From Balanoglossus misakiensis (taxonomy: Eukaryota; Animalia; Hemichordata): 64,000 nt of DNA. Below, in pieces: positions 1-12,000 of the stretch. The translations under genes and the position numbers were made by a program. A model generated the notes under the pieces. It did no database searches, had not been told where the DNA came from, and worked only from the letters and a program-made list of their open reading frames with translations. The stretch is from positions 2,764,760 through 2,828,759 of the forward strand of contig CM082576.2 of the NCBI GenBank assembly GCA_040954595.2, in the 5' to 3' direction. Positions within the stretch are counted from its first letter, which is position 1. Every line of letters starts with the position of its first letter.

Positions 1-10
1 CTACGTCAAA

Positions 11-24
11 ATCACCATGGTAAC
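11..24 (-). promoter_or_regulatory. RFX X-box-like motif (GTTACCATGGTGAT on minus strand)
   Basis: Plus strand reads ATCACCATGGTAAC, close to the X-box consensus GTNRCC(N0-3)RGYAAC. It lies just downstream of putative first exons of a minus-strand gene. Motif match only. Confidence 0.35.
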
Positions 25-189
25 AAATCATCAGATGAATAGTGAGGAAACCTTTTTGAATGATACATGTTCTATTCTTTCCCACAGGAAAGAACAGAAT
101 ACTAGTAATTGAGAAAGAAAAAAAATATGCTATTCAATAAATAGATGGGTCAAATACACACAAAGTGTGTGAGAATATTGACCACATAC

Positions 190-216
190 GGGCTTGGCAA
201 TGACTGTGCACACCAT
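190..216 (-). CDS. Putative short first coding exon (MVCTVIAKP) of an unidentified gene running off the left end
   Basis: Minus strand aagATGG (good Kozak context), 9 codons, then a GTATGT donor in phase 0, within CpG-rich sequence. No recognisable homology. Confidence 0.3.
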
Positions 217-542
217 CTTCGCTCGCCAAAGTCTTGCTCGGGAGACTGTAGTGTGGTCGAGCCAACGACCCGTGCGAGCGGACGATGGTGCACACGTCTA
301 GCGAACTTCTCCATCATCAGTCGCCGCGCCGATCACAGTGGTCGCCGCGCCGGCCGGTGAGGTGTAAACAACAAAAGATCCTACTTGCACTCGAAAGGCT
401 CAAATGACAATCCCAGCATTGTTCCATAAATACATCAAACAACGACGGAAAATCGCAAAATATTCCACCACCCAACGACAGACCGATATATTTGTATCAG
501 TGCGTGCACTGCGTCGAAAAAAATACAATTAACGTATCCTAC

Positions 543-563
543 CTGGAGTACGGTGGTCGCCAT
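543..563 (-). CDS. Putative first coding exon (MATTVLQ) of an unidentified gene running off the left end
   Basis: Minus strand gtgaaaATGGCG (strong Kozak/YY1-like start) followed by CAG|GTAGGA donor in phase 0, inside a CpG-rich island (~180-950). Confidence 0.45.
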
Positions 564-1027
564 TTTCACTGAGCGTCGTCGATTACTTCACTTAAAATTA
601 GCTTGCGATTCAGATTGCTGTCAGCGTTCTCTTCGGATGGAGGCATTGCACTTGGTTCAGACTTCCCTCCCTCGCCACTACTCTCAAATAATTCAACCAG
701 GTACCGTAGACAACAATGAGATAAACTTTTCCTTGACTGTTGGAACCTTGCCACAGATAATTGATAAATACACTAAAGTTATCGACACTATCTTTACCCG
801 AATGCGAATCTGAAACCTATGTAGCAAAATCATAAATATCATGCTCATTTCGCTTTGTTTCCGCATGTTCCATGTAAATATCAACACGCTAATAAGAACG
901 AGCTGATCACGAGTGTCATTTTAATTTTGGAAAAACTTCATTCCACGTGAAACTAGTACAATACAATGAAGCAATTTAATCATCAGTAAAAAATACCATA
1001 AAATGAAATGAAATTCATAAAAACATA

Positions 1028-1078
1028 AATCAATCAATCAATCAATCAATCAACCAACCAACCAACCAACCAACCAAC

Positions 1079-1109
<31 letters not shown>
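1028..1109. repeat. Compound tetranucleotide microsatellite (AATC)n(AACC)n(AATC)n
   Basis: Directly visible tandem AATC units with a central AACC block. Confidence 0.95.
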
Positions 1110-1145
1110 AAGTATCAGATTGATGTGAGCTTGGCCAAAGGACAT

Positions 1146-1151
1146 TTTATT
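1146..1151 (-). terminator. Candidate polyadenylation signal (AATAAA) for CNTD1
   Basis: TTTATT on plus strand ~300 nt past the CNTD1 stop, in an AT-rich 3' UTR, followed on the minus strand by a GT-rich (TGAT/TGGT) tract. Confidence 0.45.
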
Positions 1152-1455
1152 ACATTTTCTCCATAACTTACAATAAGAACAAACTACAACGCAACTAAAT
1201 ACATTAAGGAAAGTTTGTTGTTGTGTGAAAACATTTCATTTTCTGTTACCAATATCAAGTAATCATCGTGGCAATTGCACAGACTTGTTTCTTATAAATA
1301 AATTATTTAAATATCATAAAATAATTTCTTAATAAATAATTGTTACAAATATAATAAATATATCAAAAAAACTTTTCATTGTACTGTGTGGGATCTTTGC
1401 ACATCTGATAGAATGATGGGAGTCAACTTTCAAAAGTCTGATGCACGTGATATTT

Positions 1456-2394
1456 TTAAGATGACTTGGTTCCTCTGGCCAATACACACTCCTGGATCAG
1501 TATGTTGGAAAAATCAAGAATGTCTTCACAGGGAATTCGTGTAATTTTAGCAATGTGCTCAACCACTCTTTGCAGCAAATCTTGATCAATGATGTAGGTT
1601 GCTGCTCCAATGACAGCAACTGCCAGAAACATCAAGTCTTGTTCAACAGTTGCAAACTGCTCCAGATCTTCTTCTGAGACATCCATGCTGTTGGTGGCGA
1701 GAGCACGCAGTTTGCCATACACTGCCTGCCTCTCCAGGATTGTCACATCCAGAACATCCAGGCAGGTGGCGTGTAGCACCTTCACATTTGCGCAGTTATC
1801 GTTGTAGCCAAGAATTTCCAAAAGGGCTTCAATATAGGTGAGTGCTGAAGTAGACGGCACTTGGAAATCCAGTGTTTTGAGGATGCTGAGTTCAGAAAGC
1901 AGGATACTGTCAGTTGTATATCTGTGGCCAGCCTCTGATAAAAAGCGCTGGCACTTTCTCAGTGTTAGAACCTTGCTGTGAGAACACAGTTTGCTTGCGA
2001 GCTGCACAGAAGAAGTCATACGCAAGTACATCAAACGTCCAAGCTTGTGCTCCAGTTCCTTCCAGTCTTTCTTCCTATCAGCATACTTCTGACTTGTCCT
2101 TATATATTTGTATAATCCACACAAGTGCTTGGACATGAACTTGTCAAAAATGTCAACAGCAAGATACCTAGTTTCTGGAGGCTGGTTGAAACGTTCACAG
2201 AGAAGAAATATATACCAGGCACATTTTCCTCCACAAAATTGTCCATAGTTTTTTCCTACGGCGAATTTGGTATTCTCCTCACTCTTAGATGCCAAGATGT
2301 ACAGTATATCTTCCAAAAGATCTGGCGGTACACATACACCACTGAGATTGAAGATAGGCTCTGTAGGAGTGCCAAATATTTGCCCCAGTGACAT
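1456..2394 (-). CDS. CNTD1: Cyclin N-terminal domain-containing protein 1 (CNTD1/COSA-1-like meiotic crossover factor), 312 aa, single coding exon
   Basis: ORF with a cyclin-box fold matching the CNTD1 family: FGTPTEPIFN, IFLLCERF..RYLAVDIFDKFM, LRMTSSVQLASKL, SELSILKTLDFQV, LTYIEALLEILG, DLMFLAVAVI. The first in-frame ATG is at 2394 (the track ORF starts at a TTG at 2421). A 5'UTR intron is predicted at 2442-2697 (GTAAGT donor; tttcattttcacccag acceptor). Confidence 0.88.
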   Translation of the reverse strand: MSLGQIFGTPTEPIFNLSGVCVPPDLLEDILYILASKSEENTKFAVGKNYGQFCGGKCAWYIFLLCERFNQPPETRYLAVDIFDKFMSKHLCGLYKYIRTSQKYADRKKDWKELEHKLGRLMYLRMTSSVQLASKLCSHSKVLTLRKCQRFLSEAGHRYTTDSILLSELSILKTLDFQVPSTSALTYIEALLEILGYNDNCANVKVLHATCLDVLDVTILERQAVYGKLRALATNSMDVSEEDLEQFATVEQDLMFLAVAVIGAATYIIDQDLLQRVVEHIAKITRIPCEDILDFSNILIQECVLARGTKSS

Positions 2395-2699
2395 GATGTC
2401 AATGTCACATGTGGCTGCCAACTTGTCAGACCATATTCTCTCTGGGTGAAAATGAAATGAAAATATAGTAATTAATGCTGTTAATGGTTAAGGCCAGAAG
2501 ACCATGAGACAGATCTTACTGCGCCAACTTCTGTTGAAACGTGCTCCGGGAACGTGCTGACAATGTACAGTCACTGCGTACATAACTGGGGTGTACATGT
2601 ACATATCAGCTGCACGCGCACAAACTTTGTGTGACACGATCATATGATTTTTTTGGTTTATAAACGTGACACAGACAAGAACGTATAAATTACTTACAG

Positions 2700-3850
2700 A
2701 TGTGATACATATGCGAAATAAACATTAACTTTCGGACGGATCTGATGCGTCACTTATGATTCCGACTAGCTGAAATACGTTCTTGAAAACACCCAATTGT
2801 GTCTGCCGTACCGTCGCCTGGTCGTCGTCCGCGTCGTCCGCGTCATCGCTCTTGCAGACGAATTTCATGAAACGCCCCCAGACATCTACCGGAAGTTCGT
2901 AAAACGTGCGGGGACATGCAAGAACGTTACTATTGATTGGCTTTCGCAGTATTTTATTTTACCACAATTTTCACTACAATTCGACCAGAATATCGTGTTA
3001 CTTTTATGGTTGTACGTAGAAGGGTACTTAAATTTAGTTATAGACGATACCTAATTAAATGAGCAATGTTACAAGTTTAAAATTATTCAGAAATTGCTTA
3101 CCCATACAGCAGACGGTTTCCGGGTGTTGCGCCAATCAGTGAGCTTCTTTCATTATGCGATGAAACCACGGGCGGCGTTTTCAATTTTCTCGGTGGTGAT
3201 TACGACTAGTGCTATGCTATGCATTAGTGTGGAAGATTCAACCGTGATACAGGATTTGGTAATATTTTGAGTCGGTTCCACTGTTTGAAGTGTACCAACC
3301 CGTTCTGGTCAAGGGATATATAGTTGTGAAACTGCCCCGGTAAGGCGACTTTTTCTACAAATGTACATAGGTTTTCACTCAGTGCTTCACTGCATGCAGA
3401 CAACGGTGAACACAGTTCGTCTGCTATTTCTTTCCTGCGAAGAACATGAAATATTTCATATCCCAAAGCGCTGGTGTTTTCTAAAAAGACCTACATGTAG
3501 TTACGTTGTATATCTACCATCTTTCGCGACTGCGGTCAGAACATTTGTCTCAGTTTGCAGTTCCGTTTGCAGAAGGCGGAATAGTGCCCCTTTGGACTTG
3601 AATGAGTGCTGTGACAAATATCTTCAAATTCTACATTGTGTTGCAACAGTTTCCGCCAATTTAAGTGCCAAACATTGTCTTCCACAAGCCGGGATTGTGT
3701 ATCATTCGATTAATTGAGTTACAGTTCGTTACCAAACGTTCAACGGCATACATAGGTATTTTTACAAAGTTGGCATCGTCCCAAAGTGGCGTCTGTTGCC
3801 AAGCAACCGCTATTGTCAACTTTGGGTTAACCGTTGCTTTCTTGAGTACA
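2700..3850. promoter_or_regulatory. CpG-rich bidirectional promoter region between CNTD1 (-) and CEP128 (+)
   Basis: Local CpG enrichment against CpG-poor flanks. Divergent CCAAT boxes (ATTGG 2936-2940; CCAAT 3132-3136), ETS-like CCGGAAGT 2889-2896, and GTTTTCAA on each strand (2783-2790 minus; 3177-3184 plus). The two genes diverge from here. Confidence 0.65.
3795..3807 (+). promoter_or_regulatory. RFX X-box (GTTGCCAAGCAAC)
   Basis: Exact fit to GTNRCC-N-RGYAAC at the 5' end of CEP128. RFX X-boxes are established regulators of ciliary/basal-body genes. Confidence 0.55.
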
Positions 3851-6007
3851 CAAATTCCTAGTTAAATTACACCCATAGACGACCATTTCATTCATAAATC
3901 AGCAAATTTTACATAACTTACTGCTGTCAAAAACATAGATTTGACATTTTAAACTAAAATGTATTAACATAATAAATTTGCCTATTTGCACTAGCGCTTA
4001 ATTAAATTGTGACAATTAATGAATATGATGGTTTGATATATATTATGACATCTCATGTTAGTAATTAGTCACTTGTCTTTACTTTTTAGTGACTGTCCCA
4101 TAGCCACTTTTGTTTGATTGGCTGTTGGCCTATGGAGGTTGTAACAAAGGGCAATAAAATTGTGAGATAATGATTAATTCTTTCACACTAACATCAACAC
4201 AGTGTACACACCTTGGTTTTTGTCTGCGTCAATTTGGCAACTGGCCCAATTAAAAAAATCTGTGTAGAGGCATTGTAAATTCTGCACAAAGTCATTGGTG
4301 TAAGACCAGCGCTAGGTGTTGTCCTGCATGTTTTTTTAATTAAATGTAGTTGTACACTAATAGGGTAAAACTCGCCCGAGGAAACATTTATTGTAGTATT
4401 GTGCAATATCTCCATTTGTAAAGTCAAATGTCACTACAGGCTTGTCTCATCTCCAGGGAGAGACAGTTAGCACAAGCAGAATACTGAAGGCTTTATCAGG
4501 GTTTTTGTCAATTGGGAGATCCCATATTGAACATGATAAGACATGTCCCTACTTGTGTGCTGTTGTTCTTTTAGGGTGTAAACATTCCTGGTCAAAAAAC
4601 TGTTAACATGTTTCCTCAGGACAGTGAGCACTGTTGGAAATTATGAATGGCCAATAATTTCCGGTGCCCTTGAACACTTCCCTAAATTAACTTTTGTGAG
4701 CTTTGTTTGATTTTCGTAGTATGGTTTCTCTGAGTTGAAATGTGAGGAATTGTGTCAGTGTTCTTATCAGTGGCCATAACTATCATGTTAATTTACATTT
4801 TTAGTTCTACTGCTTTTTTTTGAGGAAGGGAGATTTTTATTGTTTCAAAGCACATAAATCTGTTTTTCAAGAGCCTGACATACCTACTCTTAAGTATTGG
4901 TCATCAGCAGATAATTGACAAAATAAACCCTTTCAGTGGAATGAAATAAACTGCACAAATGTCCTGGTGGTGAGAATTTATGTGGAGTAGTTGTGGAGTA
5001 GTTACTGACTTTTGAATCGCACGCCTGGACTGGACTGAACTCTGTCAGTGTTACAATTGGCAGTAGCCCATGATGTAAACATTAATTCATGTTAAAGAGT
5101 GGAGGTCAGTTTTTGTGATTCAGTGTACAGACATGTTCCAGTCACTTCGAAAGAGAAGGGTTTCCAAGCAATCGTGGATTGCTGTGTGAAGTTTGACTGG
5201 CCAACCAACTTCCAACTTTGTTCTGGTTTGTCTCCACTTTTAACCCCACTTATAATTCTATTGTGTTTTGTGTTTGATTGAGAGTTGCTACCTGGCACAG
5301 GGCCGGGAGATTTTGACAATGGCACATTTGGTATCATGGCTTCCAGGCATGTCCTTGAGAGCTTTGTTTACCTGGTTGTTTGGTAGTATAGCCTTTGTAA
5401 TTAGATTAGAATGAAGACTAGTGTTCTAGGTCAAATCAACAAACATCCAATTACAGTAAACCAGTAGATTAAAGGCTATCTCAAACTGTATTTAAATAAG
5501 TAATTTCTGGTCAAATGATTGCAAATGAGTAAATTTATTTATTTATTATTAGCTTTCCCTTATTGCTAATGCTAACACTATAATCACAGATATGTTAAAA
5601 CTGATCAGAAGTTCTACGTTGAGACATTGAAGCCTGACAGTTACAAATACTTATCCTCCTGTTGTACACTTTAGGGCCTGGAAAATACTGGCTGCATGAG
5701 AAGCCATAGACTATGTGAGGATTAATAATTGATAAAAATATCATAAGACTGAACATATAAGGAGAGTGTGTTTTTAGATGCCCCTAAATGATGAAGTCAC
5801 AAAACCTGCTGATATCTTGTATTAATTAATGTTTTTTTTTCTCTAACCTTTTGGGCAACCACTTTGCAGGTTCGTGCCCAGCAATACTTGCGACCATCAC
5901 ATCAGCATCAACACCACCACCACCACCAAGCCATTCCAGATGAGGTGACAAAATCCAGACTTTCCAGATCTTAGCTGCACCTTGTTGTTGACACGGAGAC
6001 AGCCTTC

Positions 6008-9000
6008 ATGAGTGATATGTCCTCTGATTCGGAGGATTATGATCATCCATTGCCACCACCTAGAACATCCAGAAGACTTCCCACCCCACCCTCATCACCT
6101 CGCAGTCCTCTGTCTGACTCTGTTGTAACGCGAGACACCGTAACTACCCTCACTTCAACTTTACATGTGAGTATGATTCGGATGAGTTTTAAAAATGAAC
6201 AGTGCACTTGCCTTTTTTTGTTCTACACATACTAACTTTCGGGACTGCTAAGTTGTAGACAAACTTGCCTGTGCACTGCAGCCAATGTTTAGGGTCGACT
6301 GCAGGTTAACAAATGAACAAAAGCAGACAATAGTCACTTTTGACAAAGAGTCACTTTAGACAGAGTGTATTGTATACCTAGAAATCAGGTGTGAGATACC
6401 GTCTTTGGAAATGGTTGTACACCTCTTATGCACATATTGCTAACATAAGTACATGAACATTGTGCACATGGACTACATGTATATGAACAGATTCCACAGC
6501 ACAGTTTCGTGACCTGGTCACACAAAACCCTTACCATTGGATTAGCTTACCAGGTAACCCATGTATATAAGTTAAAGGTATACGGTCACCTATACAAATT
6601 TAGCCACAGTTACCATGGTAAATCGAGATCTAACCAATCACAGATTTTCAGTGGGTGGCACACGCGAAAATAAAGCGTTCTTTAGAACACTCAAATACGC
6701 CATTTCAACTATATATGGCGATATGTAAATTGGAGGTGACTGTATACCTTTAACTTTGATGCATGTTTTAGACAGACAACAATATCAGGTTTTGATCACT
6801 GAATTAATGCTTTCAACAGAAAGGCTCAAATGTCTGGTCACACCAGTACAAAAGATGCTTTTTACAGCTGTCTTTGAAGTCAAGATGGTTTAATTATAAT
6901 GTCTAGAATTTGAAAGCCTTGCTCCTTGGCATTTAGCCAAGGTTTTCCCTTACCTAAGAAGGCATCTGATTGACTAGAGGTGACATTTTTGTAGACTGTT
7001 AAAGTGTTTGACTTAAACTCTTTAAAGACAAGTAATGAAAGTTCAGTCAACCAACAAAGCAAGGTTCTGTCTTGACAGACCGCCAATGCATGGCTCCATT
7101 CAAACTGAAATAACGACTTTGTATGCATCGACAAGTTAGATTTCAATTCAACTAGAACACCTCCTTACAGTTGCACACACTGGGATATACATCTACATGT
7201 ATATTGAAAATGGCCGTACATGTACTGATTGCTAAATGAAAATGGAAAGTTGGATGTGTTCACAATAGAACCATTGTAAGGTCAATTTCTTTTCTCTGTT
7301 TCCTACAAATATAAATACTGTGTAGAAGACTTGGGAGAATGCTGTCTAAAGCACTATTTTCTGCTGTGCAACAGTATAGGCCGAATTCTAAAGATTTTAG
7401 ACTCTTATAAATTAAGACCTTTAAACTATCCTACATGTATTTTTATCTAGCTGTTGATTTCTAGTTTAAGAGGGAATCCTTTCTGATAATCACCAGAGTT
7501 CTGTAGTCCCCTTTCGCACCAAAATTCAGACAGAGAAAAAAATGCTTTTTAAATCTTAGCTTTTCATATTTGGCATCATGTATAGCACTGTCTTTGCAGT
7601 CCTTGTTCATACCACTGTAATTGCCTTTGCATGTTTTCAAACTCCATGATATTCTAACTTTTTCTTATTCAGCAGGACTTTTCCTCTTATTTCTCAAAAC
7701 ATTGCTATCTCCTGATGAGCTCTTCTTCATCTTCCACTTGTAGGACACAAAGAGTAATTTGCGAGAAGTAGATCGCATGTTAGGCCGATACCGCGACGCC
7801 AGTGACACACAGAGTGCCGCCATTAACAGGGTGAGACCTCTAACATCACATCACTCCGCTCACTTTGTTTTTCTTTCACAACTGTAAAAAAAATTTCTTT
7901 CTGCAGATTGTACAGGCCTGGAAGACAGCAGAGAGTCGATCGACGAGTTATGTTTAAAGGGAGTAGGGGCTTCAGCATGGCATCGTCATCAGTTGAGTCA
8001 CTATACAAATAGTTTGGGGTTTCCTTGTGGTGCACTCTGACTGAGATCTCAAACTGATAACCTGATAACACTGCACAGGAGTTGTCAAAGTGTTGTCGAT
8101 GCAGGGAAAACACTATTGCTACACGATTTACCATGTTTTGGTTCTTGATACAAATAAACGTTGCGGAACTTTTAGTAAAATTTTCACGTGTGCCAGTGCC
8201 ATGTATTTGATGATGTGTATGGCCACCACACTAAATTGAGTACCCACCCACCATTTCAACTCTTTTTTTGATGAATTAATATTGAGATATTTAACTAAAA
8301 ATTTTATGACACAAAGTGCATTTTCCTAATTATTCCTAATAATCGTCTATAATCGTGAGAAGGATTTTGATAGTAGGCAGTTTGCTAATTAATGAGATGA
8401 TACATGGATGATGCGTATTGATTTTCAACAAAGATGCTGATTGTTCTAAATGTGATTATATTACACATGCACTAATAAAAGCACTAGATGTATCGTGTTA
8501 AAAAACATTCTTTAATTAATGCATTTCTTTGTTTTGTTTCCAGCTGAGAGAAAACCTCGCTAGATCCAGCGACAGACTGAGAGAAGAGAGACTACGAAGA
8601 GGTGTGCTGAGGGATTCTCGACCTCTGCGATCCAGCGATCTGGAGGAAGAGGCTCCTGGTAGAAGGTTCAGGGCCACTTCTCCCCTGAGAGATTATGGGG
8701 TGAGTGAATTTCATGAGAGAGCAATTGGGTCTGTCCAAAAAGCCTAATTGTAGTGCAAGAGTATGTGTTAGGCCAGTTGGGTTAGTAAACATCATGATAG
8801 TGTGAAAGTGTGTGCTTTATGCCAGATAGAGAACTGACAGTATTTTGCATGTTGGTTTTTGTAGGAGGTGGGTGATCATACAAGGAAAAGAAGAAGGAAG
8901 AAATCTGCTGTGAGGTTTGAGAGTGAACCAGAGGAGGTCAGTATCTTGAATGTTTGTGCTCATTTCTGTACTTACACATCATAGGCAACTGATCATACAT

Positions 9001-12000
9001 TTTGCCTCATAATACATGTACTTGCCTTTCTCAATAGTTGCACGATATCCACCAAACCGTTCGCGACCTGAGCAGTGACCAGCTGAGGTTGGGAGAAGAC
9101 TTAGAAAGGGAGATCGACCGGCGAAAACAGTTGGAATATGATCACAGGAGAACATTTAATGAGATAACAGACAGTATGCGAAGGAGTAGAGCACCAGAGG
9201 AATCGGTAAGCAAGCATGCCTGAAGGATTACATGCACATTGTGCCATGATACCATGACAACTAGGATCTCATACAGGAAATGAAATCTTCTCGTCACAAT
9301 GCTCTGAGCTGATAATGCAGCATGGCACTCCCCCAGTCACATTTTTTTATTTTGCTTCCGATGTGTCTAGGTTTCCAGTAGAGTGGAAAGGAGACTGAAA
9401 GAAATTGAAGATGAGATGCGATCACAGAGAAAGTCGCGTGAAGTGAGAGAACCGGCTGAAACAGTAGGGATGATATCATCTGAAATCAGACAGGTATGGA
9501 AAGACATTTGAAATTTAAAAATTACTGCCTTTAAAAAAAATTAAGCCTGAACAAAAAAAAAGCGCTTCTGTTTCCGTTGAATTCTTCCTGTTAATTAAAG
9601 TGGAATTTCTGAACCACAGCACAATTACTTCTGTGGTTTTTCCCTGTAAAAGCTTACATCCGTCTTGTCTTGTGCAAAATAGGCTCTGAGGTCACAGTCT
9701 CTGGAAGAAGACAGACAGATGAGAGACAGGTTGATCAAGAGTGAAACAGAGAGGCAACAAGTGCTGAGTGACTATGAATCAACCAAGAGAAAATTGGACC
9801 AGTCTGAGGGATCTAGAAATGCTCTCAAATATCAGGTATGCATTACATGTTATATATTGTCCATGGACACTGCAAACTGAATTATGCAACAGTATTGTGG
9901 AGACAATTTAGCTAGTGTCTGAAAATGAAGAAATGTTCTGTTGCCTATTTGCAGATTGAGGAGCTGCAAGACCAGCTGTCCAGGTCTGACCACGACAAGA
10001 CTCGCATGAAAGACCAACTCTCAGAGTATACAAGTGTGCTTGAGGAGGAAGGTCTGCCACTGAGTAGGCAGGCAAGAAGGGAAAGAAAACTTCAAGGTTT
10101 GTTGAATCCTTTCTAGCTTGATTTTGTAAGTAATCATCGAGAAACTCTAGGGTATATGTCATCAGTCCAAGTTGCAATCCCAGTGAATCAAGTTTTTTCC
10201 TTTTGGATCGCTGTCTGCCAGTTGAAATGTCACATAGATATTTCATTCTGTGCCGTACCACAGCATCTCACAATTTTTTCCTGATCTTCATTCCCAGATG
10301 AAAGACACAAACAAGAAGTTGAAAAGCAGAAACTGGAGCGGGAAATCGAGCACTTGAAATCTCAGCTGACCCGGTCCAGTGGAATACGGGAATTGGAAGA
10401 AATCCGAAAAGAGCTGGAGAAGAGCGAGAGACAGAGAACTCAACTATCTGACCACATGGAGGTGAGTACTTAGAACTTTGGTGCATGATATAGACATACC
10501 CGGTAATTGTAGTTTGAAAAGTTGTCTTGATAGTTGAGGGGCCGGGTAATGATACTGTTGAGTTTGTTCCAGAGAGTGATATTGTTTGATCTTTGTATGA
10601 CAAGAGAATGTTCAAATTATTTCTAACCATCAAGATATGTGCAGTAATCTCTGACATTTTACCAAATCATGAGTAAGCAAGACATTTTTTAACGTAAATT
10701 TTACATTCTTTGCACCACCAGGCACTTAACAGAGACATAGAGTCCAAAGAGAAATACCAAGCTAAACTGATCAACCAACTCAAAGATGTCTCAGATAAGT
10801 ACGACGATAGCGACCGACAGAGGCAGCTGGCCATGGCCCAGCTGGAGGAAACACAGAAACGACTGCGGGAGATCAACCGGGAGGCTGACATGCTGGCGGA
10901 CAAAGTGCGAGACACGCAGAAACTCTACGACGATGCTGATAGAAAGAAGGAAGAAATGAAAGTCAAAGCCCAGGAAATTGTCCGACAGTGAGTATGAACA
11001 GTACTTGATTAACGTGAATGTGTTGTTACAATGTGAACGGTGACTTGGCCATAAAACAAAATAATTTTCTGAACTTGTACCTGAGGGGGCCAATCATAAC
11101 AACCAAATCTTTTCAACCAAAACTTCTCCCTGCAGGTGGAAACACAAATGCAAGAAGTTAGAAAAAGATGTCGACCGGTACAAACACAGCACAGAACAGT
11201 TGATGTCAAGAAATGAGAAACTGGCCAGGGAGAACGAGATGAACAAAACCAGTTCCAGTACCAATGTACAGCGAATGGAAAGTCTTCATCGCGAACTCAA
11301 TGCCGCCCTGGTATGTTATGTCTGCCTTCTCAATGAAAATGAAAATAAAATGTTTTTGTTTTTCACAACTGCTGGTGGGATATCTTTACTGACAATTCCT
11401 CAATTAATATATTGTGCTGGTACCATGTTTTCCCCGAACGTTAATTACAGGGATGGAAAGATGTACCAGTAACACTAATGGGATTTTCTTATTTGCATTA
11501 AGACATCACAGAATCATGCAGTTCTGTAATAGATTCCAAATCATGGTGGTTAAATAGTTTGAGGTTTTTAGAGAGTGGATTCTGTAAAAACAATAGTTTG
11601 CTTACAGTGAACATGTGTTTAGTTTTTCCTACCCGAAGTTTAGTCCTGAACTTATTTAAGTCTATGTTGAGATATAATCAACATTGGTTGTGTGTTCTAT
11701 CCAGACACTCAAATGAGTCCAAGTTGTTTTTATCTGGGATGTTTTCTGTGAAACTTGTGCATATTGTATAAAAGAAAAAGTAAATGCAACAGATGCAGGC
11801 TGGCTGACACAGGCTATATCAATCATGCAGGGCCAGCTAATAATACTGGATTTAGCAGATTATTTCTTTCCCTTTTTAATTATATATATGTTTTTACTTA
11901 TTAGGCAATGAGGGCTCAACAAGATGAACAGCTGAGATTGAAGGATATTGAACTCAATGAAATGAAATCATTCAAAATGGATCTGGAGAAGGAACTCAGG

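Noticed and set aside
2395-2421. N-terminal extension MAATCDIDI of the CNTD1 ORF in the track
   Set aside because: It starts at TTG, not a standard eukaryotic start; the first ATG at 2394 precedes the recognisable family sequence.
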